NCBI GenBank assembly: GCA_965262115.1
Contig: OZ253496.1
Coordinates: 1,152,001 to 1,216,000, forward strand
Direction: 5' to 3'
Length of the DNA stretch: 64,000 bases
DNA from: Nitrospinales bacterium
GTDB lineage: Bacteria; Nitrospinota; Nitrospinia; Nitrospinales; VA-1
The notes under the pieces are model-generated. The model was given only the letters and a program-made list of their open reading frames with translations. It ran no database searches and was not told the DNA's origin. The position numbers were made by a program, and so were the translations under genes. Shown here one piece after another: positions 50,428-60,613 of this stretch (its first letter is position 1; each line of letters begins with the position of its first letter).

Positions 50428-50703
50428 TGGATTGTTTTTATGGAATCCATAATCCAACCCTCCCCTGGCCCCTCCCTATGAAGGGAGGGGAACGCCTGGA
50501 AGCTAGAAACTGGAAAAAATCAGCAAAAATGCCAAATAACCCTTGATTTTTATTTTATTTAGCGGTATTTTTACTGGGATTTGTATGCGGTTTTTAATGG
50601 GCTTTGATTTACGCGCAAAGTTTTATCTAAAAGTTTGCTGGAAATTTTGTTAGAAATATAAAACAGTCGTATTAGCCATCAACAAAACTTGGAGGAGACA
50701 AGC

Positions 50704-51978
50704 ATGAAAAAGAATTTTTTAACTACAATCGCTCTCATGGTCACGGCGTTTTTTGTCGCGACCGAGATCGCACGGGCCGCTGACGTAACCTTTAGCGGTC
50801 AGCTTCGCACCCGCTATGAATTCGCGGAGCACAAGGGGACAGGGGCTTTCAATGACTCGCTTATTGGAGATGATTTGATCGCTACACGGATGCGCCTGAA
50901 CGCCAACGTCAGCATCAACGACAGCACCAGTGCTTTCATCCAGTTGCAAAGCGCGAGGACCTGGGGTGAAGGTAATGGTTCTTTTACCGCTAATGACACG
51001 GACAATAGCGTGGGGATTCATCAGGCGTATTTCACCCTGAAAAACTTCGCCACCCTGCCTGCGGATTTGAAGCTGGGCCGGCAACAAGTTGTTCTGGACG
51101 GTCACCGCCTGTTCGGCCACACCGGCTGGACCACCGGCGCGCAGACTCATGACGCCATTCGTTTGACCCATAAGGGCGGCAACCATACCTTGAGCTATGT
51201 TTATATGCTCGCCAAAGAAGGTAGTCTCTCATCTGACGATCATGACGTGCATTTGTTGCACGCCAATTTCCAGGGCATTCTGGGCGGGGGCCTCTCCCTT
51301 TACCTGGTAGGCACCCAGGATGAACGCACGGCGGACAATGACATTTACACCGTTGGTTTTCGCCAGGCGGGCCAGATCTTCGGCATCGACTACCGCGGCG
51401 AGTACTACCACCAATGGGGTGACGCGAATGCTGACGCGAATTTTACGCCTACAGGGGATGTCGACCGTGACGCGTACATGTTCGGCGTGCGCATTGGCAA
51501 AAAGTTCAGCAATGTCGCGATGAAACCGAGCCTGACCATCTGGTACGACCAGCTTTCCGGTACCGATGCGAGTGACGCAACCAACAACGAATGGGGAACC
51601 TTCAACACCCTGTTCGACACAGGCCACAAATTCTACGGTCACATGGACCTGTTCCTGAGTCCCGTCAATCACGGAACCAAAGGTCTGGGTCTGACCGACT
51701 TCGCAATCAAGGGTTCTCTTCAGCCCATGCCGGGCTGGACGTTTAAAGCCGCTTACCACTGGTTCGGTACGGAAGTTGACCCAGCAAGCAACGTGAGCAT
51801 GGACAATGATCTGGGTACGGAGCTGGATCTCGCCCTCGCCCACAAATACAACGCCAATACCGTGATTACCGCCGGTTACTCTTTCTTCGACGCGGATGAT
51901 TTGTTCCATACGGTGAATACCGCAGGTCCGGATGATAGTGCCGATTGGGTGTATGTTCAGCTTGACGTGAAGTTCTAG
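50704..51978 (+). CDS. Alginate-export family outer-membrane porin
   Basis: Signal peptide, GQLRTRYE, HQAY, GRQ...D.HRL.G, HKFYG.MD, C-terminal F. Confidence 0.88.
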   Translation: MKKNFLTTIALMVTAFFVATEIARAADVTFSGQLRTRYEFAEHKGTGAFNDSLIGDDLIATRMRLNANVSINDSTSAFIQLQSARTWGEGNGSFTANDTDNSVGIHQAYFTLKNFATLPADLKLGRQQVVLDGHRLFGHTGWTTGAQTHDAIRLTHKGGNHTLSYVYMLAKEGSLSSDDHDVHLLHANFQGILGGGLSLYLVGTQDERTADNDIYTVGFRQAGQIFGIDYRGEYYHQWGDANADANFTPTGDVDRDAYMFGVRIGKKFSNVAMKPSLTIWYDQLSGTDASDATNNEWGTFNTLFDTGHKFYGHMDLFLSPVNHGTKGLGLTDFAIKGSLQPMPGWTFKAAYHWFGTEVDPASNVSMDNDLGTELDLALAHKYNANTVITAGYSFFDADDLFHTVNTAGPDDSADWVYVQLDVKF

Positions 51979-51998
51979 GTTTGTTGTTTGTCTCTTCA

Positions 51999-52028
51999 CC
52001 CCCCGGCCTTCGGGCCGGGGGTTTTTTT
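51999..52028 (+). terminator. Intrinsic terminator
   Basis: CCCCCGGCC-TTCG-GGCCGGGGG followed by T7. Confidence 0.92.
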
Positions 52029-52403
52029 GCCTCAATATTGTGCAATCCCCTTTTATACCAACCTCAATTAAACCATGCATAGCTCGTCATCGCGAGCTGC
52101 GGCGCGGTCCAGGGGTTGATTTAGTAATACTTCCTCTCCCTTCATAGGGTTTGATTTCCGCCTACAGCCTTCTCCAGATCTTTTCCCCTAAACCCGGAGA
52201 ACCGGTGAAGAAAGCCAACCCTCCCTCAGTCCCTCCCTATGAAGGGAGGGATATTAATATTTTTTTCCTCTTTGGCCATTATCCCCATGAGGTAAATGCT
52301 GGCGGACTACAGTCCCCTACCAACCGCTGCAGGGGCGAAACCCTGTTTTCTCCCTTTGTGTCGTGAAAAACTATGCTAAACTCATTTTATTGGAGGACGG
52401 TAT

Positions 52404-52634
52404 ATGACCACAATGATTGCTGAAGTCTACGATGCATTTCGTTCTGCTGGAGCGGATGAGGATAAAGCAAGGGCGGCGGCACAGGCGATAGCGGATTACC
52501 AGCGCAATATTTCCGAATTAAAGACGGAATTAAAGCAGGATATCTCCGAATTAAAAACCGCGATGTCCGAATTAAGAGTGGAAAATATTTTCCTGATCTC
52601 CCCGCCTCAGACCCATCCGGTTGAAGCCTCATGA
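52404..52634 (+). CDS. Small coiled-coil (DUF1640/CCDC90-like) protein, probably truncated
   Basis: GGAGG RBS, EVYDAFRSAGA.EDKA..AA, repeated ISELKT. Confidence 0.6.
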   Translation: MTTMIAEVYDAFRSAGADEDKARAAAQAIADYQRNISELKTELKQDISELKTAMSELRVENIFLISPPQTHPVEAS

Positions 52635-53668
52635 AGCTCAAATATCTTTTATTATTTTTGTCGTTCCTCCTCCCGGCATCCGTGCTGACTGCGGAAGAAA
52701 GTCAGGAGCCTTTTACCCTGAATGGCAAACCCGTTCCCGATGTAGTCGCCAAAGTCAATGGCGTGCCTTTACTTTCTCAGGTCCTCGAACGCGACCTGTT
52801 TGCCTTTCGCTCTCGCGCCAAATCAATGGGACAGGAAGTGAGACCGACTGACGAAATCACCATCGCCCACGAACTGGTCAAAGCGGCGGCAGGGCAGGAA
52901 CTGGTTGTGCAAAAGGCAAAGTCTCTCGGCATCAGCATCGACGAGGAACAGATCAACCGCCAACTCAAAAATGTTGAGGACCAGTTTCCCAGCCATGCAG
53001 GATTCCTCACCGCCCTGGCGTTTCAGCATATGAGCATTGAAGCTTTAAAAGAAAAGATATACCGGACCTTGCTGGAGGACGAAGTGATGCGCCGGGAAAT
53101 TGCCCCGAAGGTCGAGGTCAGCGATGAAAATGTCGAGAAATATTATAACGATAACAAAGCCCGGTTCACCAAACCACTCTTGTATCGGACCAGTCATATT
53201 CATATAGCGACCATCAAACCTTCAGGAGGTGCCGATGATGAAACCAGCCGGAAAAAAGCAGAACACCTCACTAAAATGATCAATGAAGAAGCTGAGGAAA
53301 AGATCAATTCCATCCTCAAGAGAGTGAAAGCCGGAGAGGATTTTTCGGACCTGGCAAAACATTTTTCAGAAGATGACGCTTCGAAAGAAAAGGGCGGACA
53401 ACTGGGGGGCCTTCACCCGGACAGTACGCTTCCCGAAATCGGCGAGGCAATGGTCAAGCTTAAAGAAGGAGGCACAAGCGGCATCATCAAAAGCCAGTTT
53501 GGCTTTCATATTCTCAAGCTGGACGAAATTATTCCCAGCCAGTTGATCCCGTTTTCAGAAACTAAAACGGATATCATGAACCTTCTGCTGAAAATGAAAA
53601 CCCGGCAACTCTTCAAAACATATTTGGCCGATCTGGAGAAAAAAGCTGAAATTCAGATTTTGTTTTAG
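52631..53668 (+). CDS. SurA/PrsA-like periplasmic PPIase
   Basis: VAKVNG, F.DLAK.FSED...GG.LG, SQFGFHILK. Confidence 0.88.
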   Translation: MKLKYLLLFLSFLLPASVLTAEESQEPFTLNGKPVPDVVAKVNGVPLLSQVLERDLFAFRSRAKSMGQEVRPTDEITIAHELVKAAAGQELVVQKAKSLGISIDEEQINRQLKNVEDQFPSHAGFLTALAFQHMSIEALKEKIYRTLLEDEVMRREIAPKVEVSDENVEKYYNDNKARFTKPLLYRTSHIHIATIKPSGGADDETSRKKAEHLTKMINEEAEEKINSILKRVKAGEDFSDLAKHFSEDDASKEKGGQLGGLHPDSTLPEIGEAMVKLKEGGTSGIIKSQFGFHILKLDEIIPSQLIPFSETKTDIMNLLLKMKTRQLFKTYLADLEKKAEIQILF

Positions 53669-53749
53669 AGGCAACAAAGGCAACCCCCTGCACCCCCCTG
53701 CACCCCCCTTATCAGGGGGAATTTTAATAGACCCCTCTTTATTACAAAG

Positions 53750-53790
53750 TACCCGTACCGGGCATGAAGTTTATGGAAGGTAATATCACA
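53750..53790 (-). repeat. 40-bp mini-element copy in a CCCTCTTT...AAAGAGGG palindrome
   Basis: AAAG|TACCCGTACCGGGCATGAA...ATATCACA|AGGG. Confidence 0.75.
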
Positions 53791-53820
53791 AGGGCTGGGG
53801 CGATTCACATTTAATTCTCC

Positions 53821-54813
53821 ATGAATGATATGACCACTCTGGTTACAGGAGCCACCGGGTTTCTGGGTTCTGCACTCGCCCGCGAATTGTTGAAGGACGG
53901 GCGAACCCTTAAACTCCTGGTTCGCAAAAACACCGACACGCGCAATATCGACACCCTCGATTGCGAGGTGGCGCATGGAGACCTCAGGGATCGGGATTCT
54001 TTAAAGTCTGCTCTGGCCGGATGCAAAACCCTCTACCATGCGGCAGCCTACTACAGCCTTTGGAGCCAGGACAAAAAACTGATCTATGACATCAATGTCC
54101 GGGGAACCCGGAACATTCTCGAATCGGCTCTTGAAATGGGAGTCGAAAAAGTCGTCTACACCAGCACTGTCGGCTGCATTGGTCTTTCCGGGGATGGAAG
54201 GCCCGCCAACGAAGACCAGCCCATGAACACCGCAACCCTATGCAATGACTATAAATTGTCAAAGTATCAAGCGGAGCAGGTGGCTCATGAATTGTTTGGC
54301 CAGGGGCTTCCAATAGTCATTGTTAACCCAAGCACGCCAGTTGGACCCCGGGATATCAAACCCACGCCTACAGGAAAAATAATTCTTGATTTTATGAACC
54401 GCAAGATGCCGGCCTATATCGATACCGGACTCAACCTGATCGACGTTGCCGATTGCGCCCGTGGGCACATTCTGGCGGAAGAGAAAGGCCGACCCGGTGA
54501 ACGCTATATCCTCGGCAACAAAAACATGTCCCTGAAAGAAATTCTTATAGCCCTGGAAACTTTGACCGGACTCAAAGCGCCGAGCATAAAAATGCCCTAC
54601 TGGGCCGCCTACTCCGCTGGACTGGCTTGTGAATGGATGTCCGACTTTATCACCCGCCAACCGCCTGCGGTTCCTCTTGCCGGGGTGAAAATGGCAAAAT
54701 ATTTCATGTATTTCGATGCCTCAAAAGCGGTCCGCGAACTGGGCCTGCCGCAAAATCCGGTCGAAAACGCCCTGGAGCAGGCGGTGCGCTGGTTTAAGGA
54801 GAACCCTGGCTGA
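53821..54813 (+). CDS. hpnA: Hopanoid-associated sugar epimerase
   Basis: VTGATGFLG, YKLSK, VNPSTPVGPRDIKPTPTG. Confidence 0.88.
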   Translation: MNDMTTLVTGATGFLGSALARELLKDGRTLKLLVRKNTDTRNIDTLDCEVAHGDLRDRDSLKSALAGCKTLYHAAAYYSLWSQDKKLIYDINVRGTRNILESALEMGVEKVVYTSTVGCIGLSGDGRPANEDQPMNTATLCNDYKLSKYQAEQVAHELFGQGLPIVIVNPSTPVGPRDIKPTPTGKIILDFMNRKMPAYIDTGLNLIDVADCARGHILAEEKGRPGERYILGNKNMSLKEILIALETLTGLKAPSIKMPYWAAYSAGLACEWMSDFITRQPPAVPLAGVKMAKYFMYFDASKAVRELGLPQNPVENALEQAVRWFKENPG

Positions 54814-54817
54814 GCCT

Positions 54818-55627
54818 ATGGAAACACTTTCTCTTTTATGGGGCACGGTTATCCTGAGGCCCTACGTCTTCGTTTTCCTCACGTTTTACCTCACCATTGC
54901 CATCCTCAATATGGGTGTGCTCCGGTCTCTTTGTTTTACGGTATTGGCCTATCTGGTGGCTTTTCTCTCAGAATACTCCTCGACCCGAAACGGGTTTCCA
55001 TTTGGACATTACACCTATATTGAAACCACTCGCGATCAGGAATTGTGGATCAGCAACGTGCCGTTCATGGATTCGCTTTCGTTCTCGTTTCTGATTTATG
55101 TCAGTTACAGCGTGAGCCTTCTGCTCTGGGCCCCTCTTGTAAAAAAGGGGTGGAATATCCATCTGGGAGATATAGAGCCTCTCAAACATTCCGTCCGGGT
55201 CATTGCCTCGGCCGCCATCCTGTGCATGCTGATGGATGTTATTATTGATCCGGCCGCCTTTTTAGGAGATCGCTGGTTTCTTGGGAAAATATATTTTTAT
55301 CGGGAAGAAGGCGAATATTTCCACATTCCTCTGACTAATTTCGTGGGCTGGTTTTTTGTGGCAGGTGTAGCGCTGTCGTGTTTTGCCATCCTGAACCGCT
55401 GGCTGGATGCAAAAATTCCTTTCCATCCACAACACCAGCTCCCGGCTCAGGCTTTACTGGGTCCCGGGTTATATTTTGGTGTGCTGATTTTTAATTTGGG
55501 TGTGACGTTTTATATTGGGGAAGTATTATTAGGTTGTCTGGGAACCTTGATCAGCCTGGGAATCTTTTCTTTAGTCCTGTTCAGGGTCAAACGGGCACCA
55601 GCCCGGGCAACGCCCGGTGGTAACTAA
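54818..55627 (+). CDS. CruF/DUF422-like membrane protein
   Basis: SE...GFPFG.Y.Y, D..IDP, IPL.NF.GW. Confidence 0.8.
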   Translation: METLSLLWGTVILRPYVFVFLTFYLTIAILNMGVLRSLCFTVLAYLVAFLSEYSSTRNGFPFGHYTYIETTRDQELWISNVPFMDSLSFSFLIYVSYSVSLLLWAPLVKKGWNIHLGDIEPLKHSVRVIASAAILCMLMDVIIDPAAFLGDRWFLGKIYFYREEGEYFHIPLTNFVGWFFVAGVALSCFAILNRWLDAKIPFHPQHQLPAQALLGPGLYFGVLIFNLGVTFYIGEVLLGCLGTLISLGIFSLVLFRVKRAPARATPGGN

Positions 55628-55677
55628 TAAGATCCCGTCAAGCCGAGACAACCCTTTATCATCCAATAAAAGCTCAT

Positions 55678-55717
55678 TGTCCCTCCGTGGCATGAAAGCT
55701 AATGAGGGGATATCACA
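55678..55717 (-). repeat. 40-bp mini-element copy (degenerate)
   Basis: TGTCCCTCCGTGGCATGAA...GGATATCACA. Confidence 0.65.
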
Positions 55718-55750
55718 GCCCCACGCCGAGTGGTCACGCTGGTGCCTGGT

Positions 55751-55948
55751 CTACATGGTTTTTGATCCTATATAAATTCCATAAGCAATGGCGGCGCCCA
55801 CCAGGCCCATCAGAAGGTTGTCGAGGGCCACCGCTTCCCAGTCTGGCTGGCGTCCCCAGTTCATCCAGGGAACGATAAGAATGAACATGGAAAAAAAGCC
55901 AACGAGCAGGATACCGGCAAGGATGAGTGCCAGTTTTTTCTCGTCCAT
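55751..55948 (-). CDS. 65-aa two-TM membrane protein
   Basis: Paralogue of the neighbouring gene. Confidence 0.7.
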   Translation of the reverse strand: MDEKKLALILAGILLVGFFSMFILIVPWMNWGRQPDWEAVALDNLLMGLVGAAIAYGIYIGSKTM

Positions 55949-55966
55949 AAAAGGAATCCTGTTTAT

Positions 55967-56164
55967 TCAGTGCATTCTGGTATTCATGTAAAACCCATAG
56001 ACGAAAAGACCAATAGCGATCATCACTATCCCGCTATCCAGGAGTGAGTCCTTCCAGTTCGGCAGGGCGTAGTTGAGTAACCATGGCACGGCGATGAAAA
56101 GCACCGAAGCGAAACCGATCCCCAGCAGGCTGAAAATAAAAATAATAAGCACTTTATCGTTCAT
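55967..56164 (-). CDS. 65-aa two-TM membrane protein
   Basis: Shared GF.S.....VPW......P.W....LD...YG.Y pattern. Confidence 0.7.
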   Translation of the reverse strand: MNDKVLIIFIFSLLGIGFASVLFIAVPWLLNYALPNWKDSLLDSGIVMIAIGLFVYGFYMNTRMH

Positions 56165-56176
56165 ATAGAAAACCCC

Positions 56177-56236
56177 TTCGTGCCCCGCAGGGGTAATCTC
56201 GCTTTTTTGTTTTTTTTAGACTTACGCAAAGCTCTC
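56177..56236. mobile_element. MITE right-end fragment with partial mini-element
   Basis: TTCGTGCCCCGCAGGGGTA...GACTTACGCAAAGCTCTC. Confidence 0.6.
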
Positions 56237-56406
56237 CTTCTCCGAGGGAAGTTCATTTTACTAAACAACGTGCAATGACTTTTTAAGTCGGGCGAACTGT
56301 TACCTGCGGGTTTGCCCAAAAGTTAGTTGAAATTAGAACATGACCTCATGTAAGTTTGAGTGGTTTTTAGCGATAAAAGCCCAAACCAACCCAGGGAGGC
56401 CATGTT

Positions 56407-56676
56407 ATGAAGAAGGTACTCAAAAAAGGCAAAAGAGGCAATAAGAAAGAGAGATCGGCGGCTTATGAGGAGATGTTGAACCAGGGTAACACCTCAAGTC
56501 GCATAGAGTGGGTCCAGATGTTGATTCCCCTGGGTCTTCAAGCCATGCAGTCGGATCAGAAGGTGTCGATAGCGGTTCCCCGTGTCCGGGATGTTTTGCA
56601 CGGCAAAGAGGTTCCTCTTTCTTCCTGTCAAGGTTTTCGAATTCCAATTATCGAGGATGCATTGCCTGATCGATGA
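56407..56676 (+). pseudogene. IS256-family transposase remnant
   Basis: LIPLGL..., QKV.I.VPRVRD...EVPL with an internal deletion. Confidence 0.65.
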
Positions 56677-56978
56677 CCAACAATACCTACAAAAATAAAA
56701 ACATTTTGATAACGGGTGGTTTGGGTTTCATTGGAAGCAGCCTGGCCATTCGGTTGGCTGAAATTGGGGCTCAAGTGACCTTGGCTGATACCATGATCCC
56801 TGGTTATGGCGGCAACCTGTTTAATATTGAGTCGATCAGCGACCGCATTACGGTAAACTACTCAAATATTACGGACGTTACTTCTATGAACTGCCTAGTT
56901 CTTGACAAGGACTATATTTTCCATTGCGCAGGCCAGGTATGCCACGTCATGAGCCTGAGTAATCCCTTCATGGAATGA
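56673..56978 (+). pseudogene. NAD-dependent epimerase, N-terminal fragment
   Basis: ITGGLGFIGS; ends abruptly after SLSNP. Confidence 0.85.
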
Positions 56979-57336
56979 ACGGCGTCGAAATCTTGCGGCG
57001 ATTTATGACTCACGATTATCGGATGTTTGCAATGTTCCATTTGAGAAGGCTGGTAATCGTCACGCATATCACCTTTATGTCATTAGAACCAGAAATCGGG
57101 AAAACCTGCAGGAGTTTTTGAAACAAAATGAAATAGAGACGCTAATACATTACCCCTTACCGATATACTCGCAGGAAGCATATAAGGATATAAATCACCG
57201 GCCTGAAGATTTTCCGCAAACAGAAAAGTTTGCAAAAGAGATTGTCAGTCTTCCTTTGCACCCGCAAATGACAAAAAGTGATGTCGAATATGTTTGCGAT
57301 AAAATCATAGAGCACTCAAATACGAGATCATTCTAG
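56971..57336 (+). pseudogene. DegT/DnrJ aminotransferase, C-terminal fragment
   Basis: WNERRRNLAAIY, HAYHLYVIR, IHYP.P, SLPLHP. Confidence 0.85.
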
Positions 57337-57337
57337 A

Positions 57338-58335
57338 TTGCCAATATTAATATTAAAGACATCGGGTACGAATTATTTTGAAAAAAGTAAGCTTTCAGTT
57401 GTCATTCCGGTTTATTACAACAGCGAAACTTTGGAGATGTTGCATTCCCAACTGGCCAGGGTGAATGAGGCCCACCCTGATATGGACATGGAGATTGTGT
57501 TTGTGGACGATGGCTCAGGAGACAACTCCTATGAAGTCATTCTAAAAATTGCAGCACAAAACCAAAACGTCATCGCTGTAAGGCTTTCCATAAATTTTGG
57601 TTCCTTTGTTGCTTGTCTGGCTGGTTTGACAAAAGCAACCGGCGATTCTGCGGTTATTATTTCGGCAGACCTCCAGGACCCTCCCGCCCTCATTTCCGAA
57701 ATGTTTCTAAAATGGAAGGAAGGTAGCGAGGTTGTGATGGCGGTTCGCTCCCGACGTGAAGACAATTTTATAAAAGTTTTCTTTGCAAACATGTATTATC
57801 GAATATTTCGCCTGCTAATCACCAAGGACATGCCTGAAATGGGTTTTGATTTCGTATTGATAGATCGAAAGATCGTAGAAGTGCTGATCAATATGCAGAA
57901 GAAAAATACTACCCTGATGGGCCTTATCCTTTGGACAGGGTTTCGCAGAACAGAAATTCCTTATACTCGTGCGGACCGCAAATTTGGAAAGTCCAGGTGG
58001 ACCATGGCTAAAAAGATCGACTATTTTTTAGACTCAATCATGGCCTTTTCAAAATTTCCAATCAGAGTTTTTTCCCTAATGGGTTTATTCCTGTTTTTTA
58101 TGAGCTTGTTGGGTACAATTTATGTAGTAGTTGCCAAAATATTAGGGGGGGGTGACTATGGCAGGGTAGTCCTCTCTCATGGCAATGATGCTCATGTTAT
58201 TTGGAATTGTTTTTTTTTGCTCTTGGCATGATCGGAGAATATATATGGAGAAATCTGGAAGAATCTCGGCAACGGCCACTATTCATCATCGAATCCGAAT
58301 ACCAGCATCCAGCACCTTCTGAGCAGGGAAAATAA
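57338..58335 (+). pseudogene. GT2 (ArnC/GtrB-like) glycosyltransferase, disrupted
   Basis: VDDGSGD, ADLQDPP; frameshift at a poly-G (~58145), then TAG, then GEYIWR...RPLFII. Confidence 0.75.
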
Positions 58336-58492
58336 TAAAAAGGGCAAGATAACTTGACGAATCGCCCAACCCCTTTGGGTCAGCTCGGTCAAAATGAAGG
58401 AATTGCTGGAAGCTCACGCTATAGTTAAACCCTAGAATGACGAGTATTATCAGGAATGTTTTGGCAGTTTTGGTATTCATTCCCTGCTTCTC

Positions 58493-59497
58493 TTATCCTT
58501 GAAAAGCTTCCTGGGCCTCATTATAGAACTGTTCCCGGCAGCCATTATGCCGGGATGAAAAATGAAAAACTTGAAGTTGTTTAACGCCCGCCTCCCGGGC
58601 CAGGGTTCCCGCTTGACGGGATGTGAGATGACAACGCGCCTGCCCCCGTTCTTCTTCATCGGCCAGAAAGGGGGATTCACAGAAAAAGATATCAGCGGAT
58701 TTTACTAATTCTACAATCTTCTTGCTATTGCAATCGTTAAAAACCGTGTCCACCACATAACCAATTTTTTGTCCCGGAAAAACCTCTACCAGATCTCTCT
58801 TGAGCTGACCCCAGGGGATGTCTTCTGTACGGGAGCCATCAGGCTCCTTAAAAGGTACCGTTATGAGTGCGGATTCCGGATCATCCCTCAATACGCTTTG
58901 CTTCAATTCATTCAACCAGGGCCCGGGCTCGGCCTTCATGGACTCCAACTTGTCTTTGTCAATATTGACGTGCGGTTTTTCTTCCAGCGCAAACCCCAAA
59001 CAGGGTACTCGATGCTCCAGTATCGCCGCACGCGCAGAGAAAGCAGAATCATCCACGATCAACCCATCTACAAAAGGCTCTTTCCTTTCATCACAGAGTT
59101 GAAACCGTTCGATCGCCCGGAAGGTGGCTTTCAGCAAACCGCTCTCTTGCACTTCAACCACTTCGATGGTGAGCGATTCGGAATACTGTTCAACCAGGTT
59201 CCAGGTGAACCCGGCCAGCTTGCCTTTCACGTTTTGAATAATATTTTTCGGGCCGAAAATGGTCAGCGTTTTTTCGTGGCCAAAAAGCGTTCTCAACAAT
59301 TGGTCAAAACCGATGAAATGGTCAATATGGGTATGGCTGACAAAAACATGGGAAACCTTGAGAAGAGTTCTATTCGACACAGCCGACAAATCTCCTAGGT
59401 CAAACAACAGCGCACGCTTTTGCAGAAGAAAATGTACCAGCAGTCCGGGGTCGCCGAACGGATCATTGATCAAGGCCGGTTGGATTGCCGATTTCAT
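58493..59497 (-). CDS. Ribonuclease Z-like metallo-beta-lactamase
   Basis: SHTHIDHF, exosite PGPW, HLT, FHFS.R. Confidence 0.85.
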   Translation of the reverse strand: MKSAIQPALINDPFGDPGLLVHFLLQKRALLFDLGDLSAVSNRTLLKVSHVFVSHTHIDHFIGFDQLLRTLFGHEKTLTIFGPKNIIQNVKGKLAGFTWNLVEQYSESLTIEVVEVQESGLLKATFRAIERFQLCDERKEPFVDGLIVDDSAFSARAAILEHRVPCLGFALEEKPHVNIDKDKLESMKAEPGPWLNELKQSVLRDDPESALITVPFKEPDGSRTEDIPWGQLKRDLVEVFPGQKIGYVVDTVFNDCNSKKIVELVKSADIFFCESPFLADEEERGQARCHLTSRQAGTLAREAGVKQLQVFHFSSRHNGCREQFYNEAQEAFQG

Positions 59498-60613
59498 TCC
59501 TTTCCTGCCTCCTCACCGGTTTTATCGAAACGCAAAAAAGCATTTATAAACGGTTGCAGATCGCCATCCAGCACCGCATCCACATTGCCTGCTTCCACAC
59601 TCGTCCTCAGGTCTTTGACCAGTTGGTAAGGGTGCAGGACGTAAGAGCGAATCTGACTGCCCCACTCAATCTTCTTTTTTTGTTTCTCCATTTCCTTTTT
59701 TTCTTCACCCAGTTTTTCCTGTTCCACCTCATAAAGGCGGGCTTTCAGAACCTTGAGGGCCGATGCCTTGTTTTTATGTTGCGACCGTTCATTTTGGCAT
59801 TGCACCACAATACCTGTCGGCACATGCGTCAGTCTCACCGCCGAATCCGTGGTGTTCACCCCCTGTCCGCCTGGTCCTGAGGCGCGATAGACATCTATCT
59901 TCAAATCTTCTTCCTTGATTTCAACTTCAATCGAATCATCAATTTCAGGGTAAACAAAAACCGACGCGAACGAGGTGTGGCGTCTTTTATTGGAATCGTA
60001 GGGAGAAATGCGCACCAGACGGTGAACTCCAATTTCCGCTCTTAAATATCCGAAAGCATAATCGCCGGAAAATAAAACCGTCGCGCTTTTTATACCCGCC
60101 TCTTCCCCATACTGGGTATCGAGGACTTCCGTCTTATAACCATTGCGGTCTCCCCAGCGCAGGTACATTCGCAACAACATTTCCGCCCAGTCCTGGGACT
60201 CCGTGCCGCCGGCCCCGGAATTGATAGCCACGAAAGCGTTGTTAAAATCAGTTTTACCCGAAAGCATCGCCTTCAATTCTGCCTGTGCCGCCTGTTCGCC
60301 CAGCCGGGTTAAAGCAGACCGGATATCCTCATCCATGGAAGAGTCTTCCTCTTCGGCAGAAAGCTCCAGCATAGCGCCCAGGTCTTCTCTCTCTTTTTCC
60401 AGGTTTTTCCAGATTTCTATCGAACGTTGCAGGTTGAATCTTTTTTGCAGAACTTTTTGAGCAGATTCGTTATCATCCCAGAATCCGGAGCGGACAGTTT
60501 CCGCATCCAGAGACTCAACAGACTTCATATTCTGGTCGACGTCAAAGTAACCTCCGGAGAAGTCCAACCCTGTCCTCTATACCCTTGAAAGCTTTTGCGA
60601 AATCTTCTTGCAT
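59494..60613 (-). CDS. prfB: Release factor 2 with programmed +1 frameshift
   Basis: 23 codons, then GGAGG-TTA-CTT-TGA-C (60547-60541); SPY and GGQ motifs. Confidence 0.96.

Noticed and set aside
50605..50620. FNR box upstream of the porin
   Set aside because: TTGAT half-site present, but spacing and second half do not fit
8052..56195. CRISPR array made of the ~40-bp repeats
   Set aside because: Copies are dispersed, divergent and in both orientations; no repeat-spacer periodicity or cas genes
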